Source: Planctomycetota bacterium
GTDB taxonomy: Bacteria; Planctomycetota; B15-G4; SIAN01
Length of the DNA: 64,000 nt
Reading direction: 5' to 3'
Assembly (NCBI GenBank): GCA_031409275.1
Contig: JANNXA010000014.1
Coordinates: 32,001 to 96,000, forward strand
A program made the position numbers and the translations under genes. Under the pieces are notes generated by a model. It searched no databases and was not told the DNA's origin. It saw only the letters and a list, made by a program, of their open reading frames with translations. This document shows, one piece after another, positions 1-9,079 of this stretch (position 1 is the first letter of the stretch; every line of letters starts with the position of its first letter).

Positions 1-72
1 CGGGAGACCGCGGCGGGTCACCTTGTTGCCGACCTGGGTCTTCTTCGGGCAGTAGTGGCACTGGAAAGGCAC
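1..72 (-). CDS. rpmB: 50S ribosomal protein L28 (5' part only; runs off window start)
   Basis: Not in ORF track. Reverse complement reads GTG-start MPFQCHYCPKKTQVGNKVTRRGLP, with GGAGG RBS upstream. CxxC followed by GNxV is typical of the L28 N-terminus. Confidence 0.85.
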   Translation of the reverse strand, partial: MPFQCHYCPKKTQVGNKVTRRGLP

Positions 73-150
73 GGCGCGAACCTCCGCAAGCGGGACCAGG
101 GGAAGCCGTAGGAGACGGCGCGCCTGAGACCGGTGGAACGAGGGGGCGGA

Positions 151-178
151 ATTGTACGGACGATCGGCCGCACGGCAA
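151..178 (-). promoter_or_regulatory. sigma70-type promoter for rpmB
   Basis: Minus strand TTGCCG-N16-TACAAT upstream of rpmB. Confidence 0.6.
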
Positions 179-230
179 GCCGGCCGTCGCCGAGCGGACG
201 ATTCCCTGGGCAATTCGCCCGGAGCGCCCG

Positions 231-1304
231 TCAGGTCCGGACGCTGTCGAACAAGCTGATGCCGAGCGCGCCGAACAGGAGCGGTGCGAACCACGCCGCC
301 AGCACCGGGTGGATCTTCGACTCCCCGAGCGCCCGCATCGCCGCATCGACACCGAAATAGGCCACGCAGAGGAAGAAGGCGATCGCGAAGCCCTGCATGA
401 CCCGCTGGCGGTCGTAGCGGAGCACGAAGGGCAGCGCGAGCAGCAGCAGGAGCAGGTTCGCCAGCGGGAACGCGACGTGGAAGTGGAGCAGGACCTGGAA
501 GCGCGACTGGCCGGTGGCGGCGAACAGCTCCGCGAGATCGGCGAAGGAGAGGTCGAACGGTTCCTTCTCCTGCGCGCCGATCCGCCGCGGCGTGAGGTCG
601 CTCACCAGCAGCGGCAGGCGCTTCTCCTCGCGGCCATGCGCGTCGTCGAGGATGCGCAGGACGCCCCCGTCCATCGTCCAACCACCGCGAGCGGCGTCGT
701 AGCGCGCGTCCTTGAGATCGATGATCTCGACGCGATCGCCTTCGACGGCGCGCACCGATGCGTGGAGCAACGTGCCGCTGACCGGCTCGATCTCGATCCC
801 TGACCAGTAGCGCCCCTGACCATCCTCGAACTGCGCGCGCACGGTCAGGCCGCGATCCCCGTCCCGCAGGAAGCACTGTCGCGCCAGGCGCCGATCGGAC
901 GCCGCCGGCGCGACGAACTCCTGCACCAGCAACATCGCCACCGTCAGCACTCCGGCGACGATGAAGAGCGGGCGCAGCAGGCGAAAGATGCTGCGACCCG
1001 ACATCAGCACCGGGATCAGCTCGTTCTGGCGATTCAGGCGCGCGACCGCCGAGATCGCGCCGATCACCGTCACGAATGGCAGCACCTGCAGGAAGATCGC
1101 AGGCGACTTGTAGAGGTAGAAGCCGGCGACCCACGCGACCATCGTGCGCGCCGGGATCGCATGCTTCTGCGCGGTGTCGACGAACTCGTCGGCGTTGGCG
1201 AACAGGTCGATCACCATGAAGAAGCCGAAGAAGAAGATGAACGTCACCGCGAGCGAACCGAGGAAGCAGCGCACGACGTAGCGATCGAGCAGGTCGAACT
1301 TCAT
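231..1304 (-). CDS. lptG: LptF/LptG family LPS export permease (LptG-like)
   Basis: LLDRYV N-terminus, three TM segments, NELIPVLMSGRS motif, beta-rich periplasmic part, C-terminal HPVLAAWFAP; ATGA overlap with upstream paralog. Confidence 0.85.
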   Translation of the reverse strand: MKFDLLDRYVVRCFLGSLAVTFIFFFGFFMVIDLFANADEFVDTAQKHAIPARTMVAWVAGFYLYKSPAIFLQVLPFVTVIGAISAVARLNRQNELIPVLMSGRSIFRLLRPLFIVAGVLTVAMLLVQEFVAPAASDRRLARQCFLRDGDRGLTVRAQFEDGQGRYWSGIEIEPVSGTLLHASVRAVEGDRVEIIDLKDARYDAARGGWTMDGGVLRILDDAHGREEKRLPLLVSDLTPRRIGAQEKEPFDLSFADLAELFAATGQSRFQVLLHFHVAFPLANLLLLLLALPFVLRYDRQRVMQGFAIAFFLCVAYFGVDAAMRALGESKIHPVLAAWFAPLLFGALGISLFDSVRT

Positions 1305-2458
1305 CGCCGCACCACGAACGTGAGCAACGAGATGCCGATCGCCGCCAGAAGGAGATTGCCGCTCCAGCAGGCGAGCAACGGCGACACGAGCTGCTTGCTC
1401 ATCAGCACGGTGGCGAGCCGCTCGGTCGGGTAGAAGACGAAGAGCCCGATCATGCTGGCCAGCAGGAAGGCGATCAGGCGATTGCCGCTGCGGAAGACCA
1501 GTGCCAGCGGCACACCGAGCAGCAGGAAGACGAGCGGCGTCGCCGCGCGCGCGAAGCGCTGATGGATGCGCCCCTCGACCTCCACGACGTCGAAGCGGCG
1601 CAGCAGCGACTCCCCCGACAGCGGTGACGTCTCCAGCGACCGTGCGTGCAGCGCCAACAGCTCAGGCAGCGACTGCATCTTGAGTCGCCCGCGCTCGGTG
1701 TCGAAGTCGAGATCGACGGTCACCACCATCGCATCCTGCTGCGCCTCCTTCACCACGCCGGAGAGGCCGCGCGGCTTCTCGAGCCGCAGCACCAGCCGAC
1801 CGTGCTCCTCATCGAAACGCGCCACGGCGCGGTCGGCGCGGACGTGAGTGGTGACAGGCGCTCGCGCCGTTTCGCCGGACGCGTCCCCTTCAGGCTGCTC
1901 CGTCGTCTCGAGCAGCACCGACTCGAGTTCGACGCCGCCGCCCTCCAGCACGCGAATGTGCTCCCAGAAAAGCCGGCGTTGCGAACGCTTGTCGCCGAAA
2001 TCGACGCACCGTTCGCCCGCCGCGATGCGCTTCTCGAGCAGGACCTTGAGCGTCCCTTCCTGCGCCGGGAGCACGCCAAGCTGGTGCATCGCCCATGGCG
2101 ACCAGCGGCTCTCCGATTCGAAGATGACCGCGCCCAGCAGCACGGAGATCAGCACTCCCGGCCAGATCAGGCGATAGGGATGGATGCCGCTCGCCTTGAG
2201 CGTCGTGATCTCGTGGTCGGCCGCGGCGCGGCCGTAGACGAAGACCACCGCGATCAGCAGCGCCAGCGGCAGCAGGAAGGTCAGCGACTGGACCATCGTG
2301 TAGCGGACCAGCGAAAGATAGAGCAGCAGGTCGACTTCGGGGTGCTTGTAGAAGACGACGCCGGCGATCGCGAGCAACGCAACGGTCGTAATCACCCCGA
2401 GGATGAAGACCAGGTTGGTCACGAGTTCGAACAGGAAGCGGCGATCGAGGATGGTCAG
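1301..2458 (-). CDS. lptF: LptF/LptG family LPS export permease (LptF-like); probable CTG start
   Basis: TILDRRFLFEL start, YGRAAADHEITTLKASGI motif, SPLLACWSGN C-terminal motif; GGAG lies just upstream of an in-frame CTG at 2458. Confidence 0.82.
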   Translation of the reverse strand: MTILDRRFLFELVTNLVFILGVITTVALLAIAGVVFYKHPEVDLLLYLSLVRYTMVQSLTFLLPLALLIAVVFVYGRAAADHEITTLKASGIHPYRLIWPGVLISVLLGAVIFESESRWSPWAMHQLGVLPAQEGTLKVLLEKRIAAGERCVDFGDKRSQRRLFWEHIRVLEGGGVELESVLLETTEQPEGDASGETARAPVTTHVRADRAVARFDEEHGRLVLRLEKPRGLSGVVKEAQQDAMVVTVDLDFDTERGRLKMQSLPELLALHARSLETSPLSGESLLRRFDVVEVEGRIHQRFARAATPLVFLLLGVPLALVFRSGNRLIAFLLASMIGLFVFYPTERLATVLMSKQLVSPLLACWSGNLLLAAIGISLLTFVVRR

Positions 2459-2502
2459 AGGGCGCTCCGGTGGGAGGGGGACTATTGTTCCGCGGCAACG
2501 CC

Positions 2503-4014
2503 GTGAACCAAGCATTGCCTCTGATCTCGACGGACGCAGAGCTGCCGCGCGCGGAGTTCGTCGCGCTCGCGGCCGCACCGCGCCCGCCTGCCGTGGGTGG
2601 ACGGGCAGCCCGCCCACGCGCGGTCGAGCGGGTCGCCTCGAGCATCGGCGCGCTGGCTCGCAAGGTCTATCCACGCCGCGCCGGTTCGCGCCCGGCCGCG
2701 CGTGAAGCAGGTCGGGCAATCGAACTGCGTGCCGCAGGCGTGCGCGTCCCGGAGCCGATCGCTTGGGGCGAAGGCGGGCCCGATGGCGCCGCCGTCCTCT
2801 TCACGGCCTGGATCGACGCGGCGCGCGACCTCGCGTCGACCTGGGAAGCGAGCGACGCGCGCGCCGGCCGGAAGCTCGCGCGCGAACTCGGCGCCCTGAT
2901 CGGCGCGCTCCATCGCACCGGCTTCGCGCACGGCGACCTCCACTGCGGCAACGTCCTGATCGAACCGTCGGGCACGGCGTGGCTGATCGACCTCGGACGC
3001 ACCCGTCGCGCCGGAGCCGGCGCGCGCGATGCCGATCTCCACGCGCTCTACCACCACTTCGCGTGGCGCACACGGGCGGTCGATCGGATGCGCTTCCTGG
3101 TCGCGCACGGGGCGTTGCCGACACAACGCCGCGAGCGCCGGGCGCGACTGCGCGCGCTGGCCGCGGCGGCCGAGAAGTCGCGCCAACGTTTCCTGCGCCA
3201 CCATGAGCGACGCTGCGATGGGCGCGGCCGCGCCTTCGCGCGCTTCGACGGCCCGCTCGTCCGCGGCGTCGAACGCGCCGACCTTCCGACCGCTCTGCGC
3301 GACGGCCTGCGCCGGCTGTGGGCGGACGGGTTGCACGCGCTGCCCGCCGCGCTGAAGAAGGCCGGAGCCAAGGTGATCCACGCCACTCGCGAGAGCACGG
3401 TGTGGCGCCTCGAGCTCGCCGGCCACGCGTTGGCGATCAAGTGGTTCGACGATCGCGGACGGCTGCGCCGAGCCTGGCGTGGCAGCCGGGCGCGACGCGC
3501 CTGGCGCAACCACTTCCGCTTCGAGATGGCTGCGGTCCCAAGCGCCCGCGCCTGGCTCTTCGCGGAGAGCCGCTCCGTCGCCCGCCCCCCGCAGAGCGTC
3601 CTGGTCACGACCTTCCTCGACGGCTTCCAACGCCTGTCCGACGCACAGCCGGCGCAGGCGCCATGGCGCGCCCTCGCGGCGGCGCTGTCCCGCCTCCACG
3701 ACGAAGGGCTCTCCAATCGAGATCTGAAGGCGGAGAACGTCCTCGTTGCATTGGACGGGTCGTCGCTCGCGCTGATCGATCTCGATGGCGTGCGCCGGCG
3801 CCCGCCGACCCTCGACCGCGTGGCGCGCGACCTGATGCGCCTCAACGCTTCCTTTCCGGACGCGCGGACGGTGACATGGCGCCTGCGCCTCACGTTCCTC
3901 GCCGCCTACCGGCAGGCGCGACGGCGCGCGCGGCCGCCCATGCGCGAGCTGCGCGACGCGGTGGCCCACCTCACGGCGATCAAGTGGCAGCTTCGGCCGA
4001 ACGTTCCGCGCTGA
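2503..4014 (+). CDS. Lipopolysaccharide kinase (Kdo/WaaP/InaA family) with two tandem kinase domains
   Basis: Domain 1 LHRTGFAHGDLHCGNVL...LIDLG; domain 2 LHDEGLSNRDLKAENVL...LIDLDG; start (GTG 2503) estimated. Confidence 0.8.
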   Translation: MNQALPLISTDAELPRAEFVALAAAPRPPAVGGRAARPRAVERVASSIGALARKVYPRRAGSRPAAREAGRAIELRAAGVRVPEPIAWGEGGPDGAAVLFTAWIDAARDLASTWEASDARAGRKLARELGALIGALHRTGFAHGDLHCGNVLIEPSGTAWLIDLGRTRRAGAGARDADLHALYHHFAWRTRAVDRMRFLVAHGALPTQRRERRARLRALAAAAEKSRQRFLRHHERRCDGRGRAFARFDGPLVRGVERADLPTALRDGLRRLWADGLHALPAALKKAGAKVIHATRESTVWRLELAGHALAIKWFDDRGRLRRAWRGSRARRAWRNHFRFEMAAVPSARAWLFAESRSVARPPQSVLVTTFLDGFQRLSDAQPAQAPWRALAAALSRLHDEGLSNRDLKAENVLVALDGSSLALIDLDGVRRRPPTLDRVARDLMRLNASFPDARTVTWRLRLTFLAAYRQARRRARPPMRELRDAVAHLTAIKWQLRPNVPR

Positions 4015-5801
4015 GATGGGTCTTCCGCCGTCCGCTGGAACGGCGCGGTCGGCTGGCAGCGCTCTTCCTCGCCTCGCTCGGCGGAGCGCTTCTGGGCGGC
4101 GCTTCGCTCACGTCCGCCTACCCGCTACTGGTGATCCTGTTCGATGCGCAGTGGACGCAACGGCTCGCGGCGATCGCCGAACGTGCGCCACCGCTGCTGC
4201 TGCCGCTCGCGCGCGGACTCGTGGCGCTCGCGACCGGCGGCGATCCGCTCCACGCGCTCAGCTGGGTGCTGGGGCTGCTCGTGGCGGCGATGCTGCTCGC
4301 GGCGCTGCTGCAACTGGCGCAAGACTGGATCGCAGCGCCGCTGGTGCATGACGCGGTGAGAGCGGTGGCGACCGAGGCGCACGAAGCGCTGTTGCAAGGG
4401 GCCGGCGCCGACACGCCGCAAGGCGCGCTGCTGGCCCTCTTCACCGCCGACCTCGACGCGCTGCGCGTCACCTTGCAGAAGGTCTTCAGCAAGGTGGTGC
4501 ACGAGCCCTTCAAGCTGGCGTTCTCGCTGGTGCTGCTGGTCGCCATCGACGCCCGCCTCGCCTTGGTGATGGGCCTCCTCTTCCCGATCGCGGCCGGCGC
4601 GATCCTCTTCCTGTCGCGGCGACTGCGCGACCGCGCGCGCCGGACCTTGGCGCAGACGGGCAGCCTCGTCGCGCTGGTCGAGGAGGGGCTGCGCGGACGT
4701 CGCGTCGTGCGCGCGCACGGCCTCGAATCGCGCGAACGGCAGCGTTTCGCCGAGGTGCAGCTCGAGTTGACGGGCAATCAGGTCGCGCTCGATCGCCACG
4801 AAGCGCTGTCGAGCCCGCTGCTCGAGCTGCTGGTGTCGCTGGCGGCGGCGGCGGTGATCCTGGTGGGAGCGCAGCGCGTCGTCGCTCGCGAACTCTCCGC
4901 CGAGGCGCTGCTGACCTTCTTCGCCGTGCTGGCGTCGATGCTCGATCCGATGCGCAAGCTCGCCGACACACAGGTACGCACGCGCCGCGGCGCCGCAGCG
5001 GCCGTCCGCCTCAAGTCGTTGGTCGATTCGGTTCCGGCCACGCCGCCGATCCACGGCACGCTTCCCTTCCCGCGTCTCGTGCGCGGGATCGAATTCCACC
5101 ACGTCGCCGCGCACGCCGCCAACGGCGCCAAGCTGCTGACCGACATCAGCCTGGTGGCGCGGCCGGGCGAGGTGGTCCTGGTGGCCGGACGCTCGGGCGC
5201 CGGCAAGTCGACGCTGCTCGACCTGCTGGCGGGACTGCGCCGCTACGATGCCGGCTCGATCGCGATCGACGGTGCGCCGCTGCAGGAACTCGACGCCGCC
5301 GGCTTCCGCGCGCGCATCGGCATGGTGACGCAGGAGACGTTCTTGTTCCGCGGGACGATCGAAGAGAACGTCACCCTCGGCGCGGCCCCGCGCGGGGTCG
5401 CGCTGCACGAGGCGCTGGCAGGCGCCGGCCTCGCGCCGCTCGTCGCGACGCTGCCGCTCGGCGCCGCGACGCCGGTCGAGTCGCGCGCCTTCTCGGCCGG
5501 TGAACGGCAGCGCCTCGCCATCGCGCGCGCTCTCTATCGCGATCCGGCGCTGCTGCTGCTCGATGAAGCGACCAGCGCGCTCGACCGCCCGGTCGAGGAG
5601 AAGATCCTCGCCGGCCTCTTCGCGGCGCGCGCCGGCCGGATCACCTTCGTCGTCACCCACCGCCTCGCGAACGAGCTGCCGTTCGACCAAGTGCTCGTGC
5701 TCGACCACGGCGTCGTGGCGGCGCACGGCTCGCCGCGCGAGCTGCTCGAACGCTCGCCGCTCTACCGCGAGCTGCTCACCGGCGCAGCGGACGGCAACTG
5801 A
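3984..5801 (+). CDS. ABC transporter permease/ATPase fusion (MsbA-like)
   Basis: N-terminal TM domain; Walker A GRSGAGKST, signature FSAGERQR, Walker B LLLLDEATSALD, H-loop; start estimated. Confidence 0.85.
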   Translation: MAASAERSALRWVFRRPLERRGRLAALFLASLGGALLGGASLTSAYPLLVILFDAQWTQRLAAIAERAPPLLLPLARGLVALATGGDPLHALSWVLGLLVAAMLLAALLQLAQDWIAAPLVHDAVRAVATEAHEALLQGAGADTPQGALLALFTADLDALRVTLQKVFSKVVHEPFKLAFSLVLLVAIDARLALVMGLLFPIAAGAILFLSRRLRDRARRTLAQTGSLVALVEEGLRGRRVVRAHGLESRERQRFAEVQLELTGNQVALDRHEALSSPLLELLVSLAAAAVILVGAQRVVARELSAEALLTFFAVLASMLDPMRKLADTQVRTRRGAAAAVRLKSLVDSVPATPPIHGTLPFPRLVRGIEFHHVAAHAANGAKLLTDISLVARPGEVVLVAGRSGAGKSTLLDLLAGLRRYDAGSIAIDGAPLQELDAAGFRARIGMVTQETFLFRGTIEENVTLGAAPRGVALHEALAGAGLAPLVATLPLGAATPVESRAFSAGERQRLAIARALYRDPALLLLDEATSALDRPVEEKILAGLFAARAGRITFVVTHRLANELPFDQVLVLDHGVVAAHGSPRELLERSPLYRELLTGAADGN

Positions 5802-5808
5802 CCCGCCC

Positions 5809-6894
5809 ATGGCCGGCCGCATCCTCCTGCTCTCGGCGCCCCTCTCGATGCGCGGCACCAGCGTCTACACGGTGAGCCTCGCGCGCGAGCTCAAGCTGCG
5901 CGGGCACAAGGTCGCCGTGATGGCGCCGGGCGGCATCCTCGAGGCGGCGCTCGAAGATCAGGACCTGCCGCTGATCCGCGCGCCGATCCATGGACCGCTG
6001 TGGCGCGACCTGCTCTACCTGCCGACGTTGATCGAGCTGGCGCGCGACTTCGACCCCGAGCTGATCCACTCGCAGAGCCACCCGTTGGCCACGATCGGCT
6101 CGCTGATCGCACGGCAGCTTGGGGTCCCCGACGTGGTCACGGTGCACACGCCGCTGCAGCAGCCGCTGCGTCGTGCGCCGGGCGCGACGACGCATGCGAT
6201 CGCGGTGAGCGAGGACGTGCGCCAGGCGCTCGTGACCCACGGCCGCTTCCCGCGCGAACGGATCGCGGTGATCCCCAACGGCGTGGCCGCGAGCCTCTCC
6301 GCGCTCGATGAAGACGACCCGCTGCCCGACGAGCTGCCGGTCGTCGGCACCGTCGGCCGCATGGCGCCGGGTCGCGGCATCGAGACCTTCCTGGCCGCGG
6401 CGCGGCAGGTGCTCGACGACGGTGGCAAGGCGGCGTTCCTGATCCTCGGCGAGGGGCCGCAGGAGGCGGCGCTGCGGCGGCGCGTGCGCGAGCTCGACCT
6501 GTCCGCGCACGTGACCTTCGCGCTGCCGCGGGCGCGGCTTGCCGACCTGTTCCGACCGATCGACATCTTCGTCTCGGTGGGCGAGAGCGAGGGGCACGGG
6601 ATCTTCATCCTCTCGGCCATGGCGCAGGCGCGCGCGGTGATCTGCACGGGCGTCGGCGGCGTGGTCGCCTTCGTGCGCGATGGCGAGAACGGTTTGCTGG
6701 TGCCGCGCAGCAGCAAGGACGAGCTCGCCGCGCGCATCCGCGGGCTGCTCGACGCGCCGCAGGAACGGCGCCGGCTCGGCCGCGCGGCGCTGCGCGACGT
6801 CCGGGAGCAATTCCCGTTGCACGCCATGGCCGAAGAGACTCTGGCGACCTACGCGCGTGCCGCCGCAGCGCTGCCGGCGTCGAACTCCGTGTGA
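5809..6894 (+). CDS. Glycosyltransferase family 4 (GT-B)
   Basis: IAVSEDVR, VIPNGV, VGTVGRM, EGHGIFILSAMA, VRDGENGLLVP. Confidence 0.85.
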   Translation: MAGRILLLSAPLSMRGTSVYTVSLARELKLRGHKVAVMAPGGILEAALEDQDLPLIRAPIHGPLWRDLLYLPTLIELARDFDPELIHSQSHPLATIGSLIARQLGVPDVVTVHTPLQQPLRRAPGATTHAIAVSEDVRQALVTHGRFPRERIAVIPNGVAASLSALDEDDPLPDELPVVGTVGRMAPGRGIETFLAAARQVLDDGGKAAFLILGEGPQEAALRRRVRELDLSAHVTFALPRARLADLFRPIDIFVSVGESEGHGIFILSAMAQARAVICTGVGGVVAFVRDGENGLLVPRSSKDELAARIRGLLDAPQERRRLGRAALRDVREQFPLHAMAEETLATYARAAAALPASNSV

Positions 6895-7005
6895 GGGCGC
6901 GACGGAACGAACTTTCTTCACGTTCCGCTGCGGTCGGCCGCGCCGGCCAACCGATGCAGGGGCGTGCTATGTTCCGCCGCTTCTGTCCCGCGACGGAAGC
7001 CTGAC

Positions 7006-7284
7006 TTGGAGCCCCGCTTGTCTGAAGTCGCTCTTGCTGCGCCGGTCGAGGCGCCGCCTCCGCCGCTGACCTTCATGCAGCGCCTGCACCGCTTCACCGA
7101 GCGGTTCGGCCACATGATGTCGCGTGTGATCCTGACGGTGCTCTACGTCACCCTCGTCGGCCCGGCCGGCGTGCTGCTGTCGCTGTTTTGCGATCCGCTC
7201 GCGATCAAGCGCTACCGCGGCTCGTCGTGGGCGGCATGGACGCGCACCAACGACACCCTCGAGCGCGCGCGGAGGCAGGACTGA
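7006..7284 (+). CDS. SxtJ-family small membrane protein
   Basis: FTERFGHMMSRVILTVLYVTLVGPAG...DPLAIKR...SSW...RQD matches the SxtJ pattern; directly upstream of a carbamoyltransferase; TTG start uncertain. Confidence 0.65.
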   Translation: MEPRLSEVALAAPVEAPPPPLTFMQRLHRFTERFGHMMSRVILTVLYVTLVGPAGVLLSLFCDPLAIKRYRGSSWAAWTRTNDTLERARRQD

Positions 7285-7285
7285 C

Positions 7286-9079
7286 ATGTACGTGCTCGGA
7301 CTCTCCTTCTACTACCACGACTCCTCCGCGGCCCTGGTGCAGGACGGGAAGATCGTGGCCGCGGCCGAGGAAGAACGCTTCAGCCGCATCAAGCACGACT
7401 CCGGCTTCCCCGGATTGGCGATCGACTTCTGCCTGCGCCGCGCCGGCATCACGCTGCAGGACGTCGACCTGATCGTCTTCTACGAGAAGCCGATCGTGAA
7501 GATGGAGCGCATCCTCACCACCGCCTTCTCGACCTTCCCGCGCAGCTGGGCGGTGTTCCGCGAATCGATGCACACGTGGTTGACGAAGAAGCTCTGGATC
7601 AAGGACCTGCTGAAGAAGCGGCTCGGCGTGAAGGCCGAGAAGATCGTCTTCGCCGACCACCACATGTCGCACGCGGCGTCGAGCTACTTCACTTCGCCCT
7701 ATGACCACGCCGCGATCCTCACGGTCGACGGCGCCGGCGAATGGACCACCGGCACGCTCGGCGTCGGCAAGGGCAACCGCATCAAGATCGTGAAGGAGAT
7801 GCGCTTTCCCCACTCGGTCGGGTTGCTCTACAGCGCGTTCACCGCCTACTGCGGCTTCGAAGTCAACGAAGGCGAGTACAAGCTGATGGGCATGGCGCCC
7901 TACGGCCAGCCGAAGTACGTCGACCGCATCAAGAAGATGATCCGCATCGGCGAGGATGGCTCGCTGTGGCACGACATGAGCCACTTCAGCTACCACTGGT
8001 CGCCGACCTCGACACTCTCCGCGAAGTTCTCCGAGGTGATGGGCCAGCCGCCGCGCGATCGCAAGCACGAGGACAAGACGCTCGACCCGTTCTATTGCGA
8101 CGTCGCCGCCAGCATCCAGAAGGTCACCGAGGAGATCCTCCTCAAGATGGCGACCTACCTGCACCACGAGACCGGCCTGAAGAAGCTGTGCATGGCGGGT
8201 GGCGTCGCGCTGAACTGCGTCGCCAACCACATCGTGCTGCGCAACACGCCCTTCGAGGAGATCTACATCCACCCGGCGGCGGGCGACGACGGCGGCGCGG
8301 TCGGCGCGGCGATGTGGGGCTACCACGAGGTGCTCGGCCAGGAGAAGAAGGCGCCCGCGCTCGACCACGCCTACCTCGGCAGCGAGTACGACCACGCGCA
8401 GATCGAGACGTTCCTCAAGCAGAACGACATCAAGTACGAACTGATCGAGGATGACGATCGCTTCTACACGCGCGCCGCCGAGGAGATGGCGGCGGGCAAG
8501 GTCGGCGGCTGGTTCCGCGGCCGCTTCGAGTGGGGTCCTCGGGCGCTCGGCGCGCGCTCGATCATCGCCGACCCGGGCCGCAAGGACATGAAGGAGACGG
8601 TCAACTCGAAGATCAAGTTCCGCGAGGCGTTCCGTCCGTTCGCGCCGTCGGTGATCCACGACCGCGCCGCCGAGTTCTTCGACATCGAGGATCCGGACAA
8701 GCACTTCCCCTATCGCTTCATGCTCTACGTCGCGCCCGTGCACGAGGACAAGAAGAAGCACCTCGACGCCATCACCCACGTCGACGGCACCGCGCGCCTG
8801 CAGACGGTCTACGAGGACAGCAACCCCGGCTACTACAAGATGATCCAGCGCTTCGGCGAAGGATCGGGCTACCCGATCGTCCTCAACACCAGCTTCAACC
8901 TGAAGGGCGAGCCGATCGTCGAGGACCCCTCGCACGCCTTCAACACCTTCTCGCTCTCGGGCATGGACGTCCTCTTCCTGCAGAATTTCATCGTGCAGAA
9001 GGACGCCAAGAAGATCCTGAAGCGGACCAAGTTCGCGCTGCGCCACGACGGCGACACGGTGACGGAGATGCTCTCGTGA
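7286..9079 (+). CDS. Carbamoyltransferase (NodU/CmcH/SxtI family)
   Basis: YHDSSAAL, EEERFSRIKHD, HHMSHAAS, EGEYKLMGMAPYG, GGVALNCVAN, EWGPRALGARS, KFREAFRPFAP, LNTSFN. Confidence 0.95.
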   Translation: MYVLGLSFYYHDSSAALVQDGKIVAAAEEERFSRIKHDSGFPGLAIDFCLRRAGITLQDVDLIVFYEKPIVKMERILTTAFSTFPRSWAVFRESMHTWLTKKLWIKDLLKKRLGVKAEKIVFADHHMSHAASSYFTSPYDHAAILTVDGAGEWTTGTLGVGKGNRIKIVKEMRFPHSVGLLYSAFTAYCGFEVNEGEYKLMGMAPYGQPKYVDRIKKMIRIGEDGSLWHDMSHFSYHWSPTSTLSAKFSEVMGQPPRDRKHEDKTLDPFYCDVAASIQKVTEEILLKMATYLHHETGLKKLCMAGGVALNCVANHIVLRNTPFEEIYIHPAAGDDGGAVGAAMWGYHEVLGQEKKAPALDHAYLGSEYDHAQIETFLKQNDIKYELIEDDDRFYTRAAEEMAAGKVGGWFRGRFEWGPRALGARSIIADPGRKDMKETVNSKIKFREAFRPFAPSVIHDRAAEFFDIEDPDKHFPYRFMLYVAPVHEDKKKHLDAITHVDGTARLQTVYEDSNPGYYKMIQRFGEGSGYPIVLNTSFNLKGEPIVEDPSHAFNTFSLSGMDVLFLQNFIVQKDAKKILKRTKFALRHDGDTVTEMLS

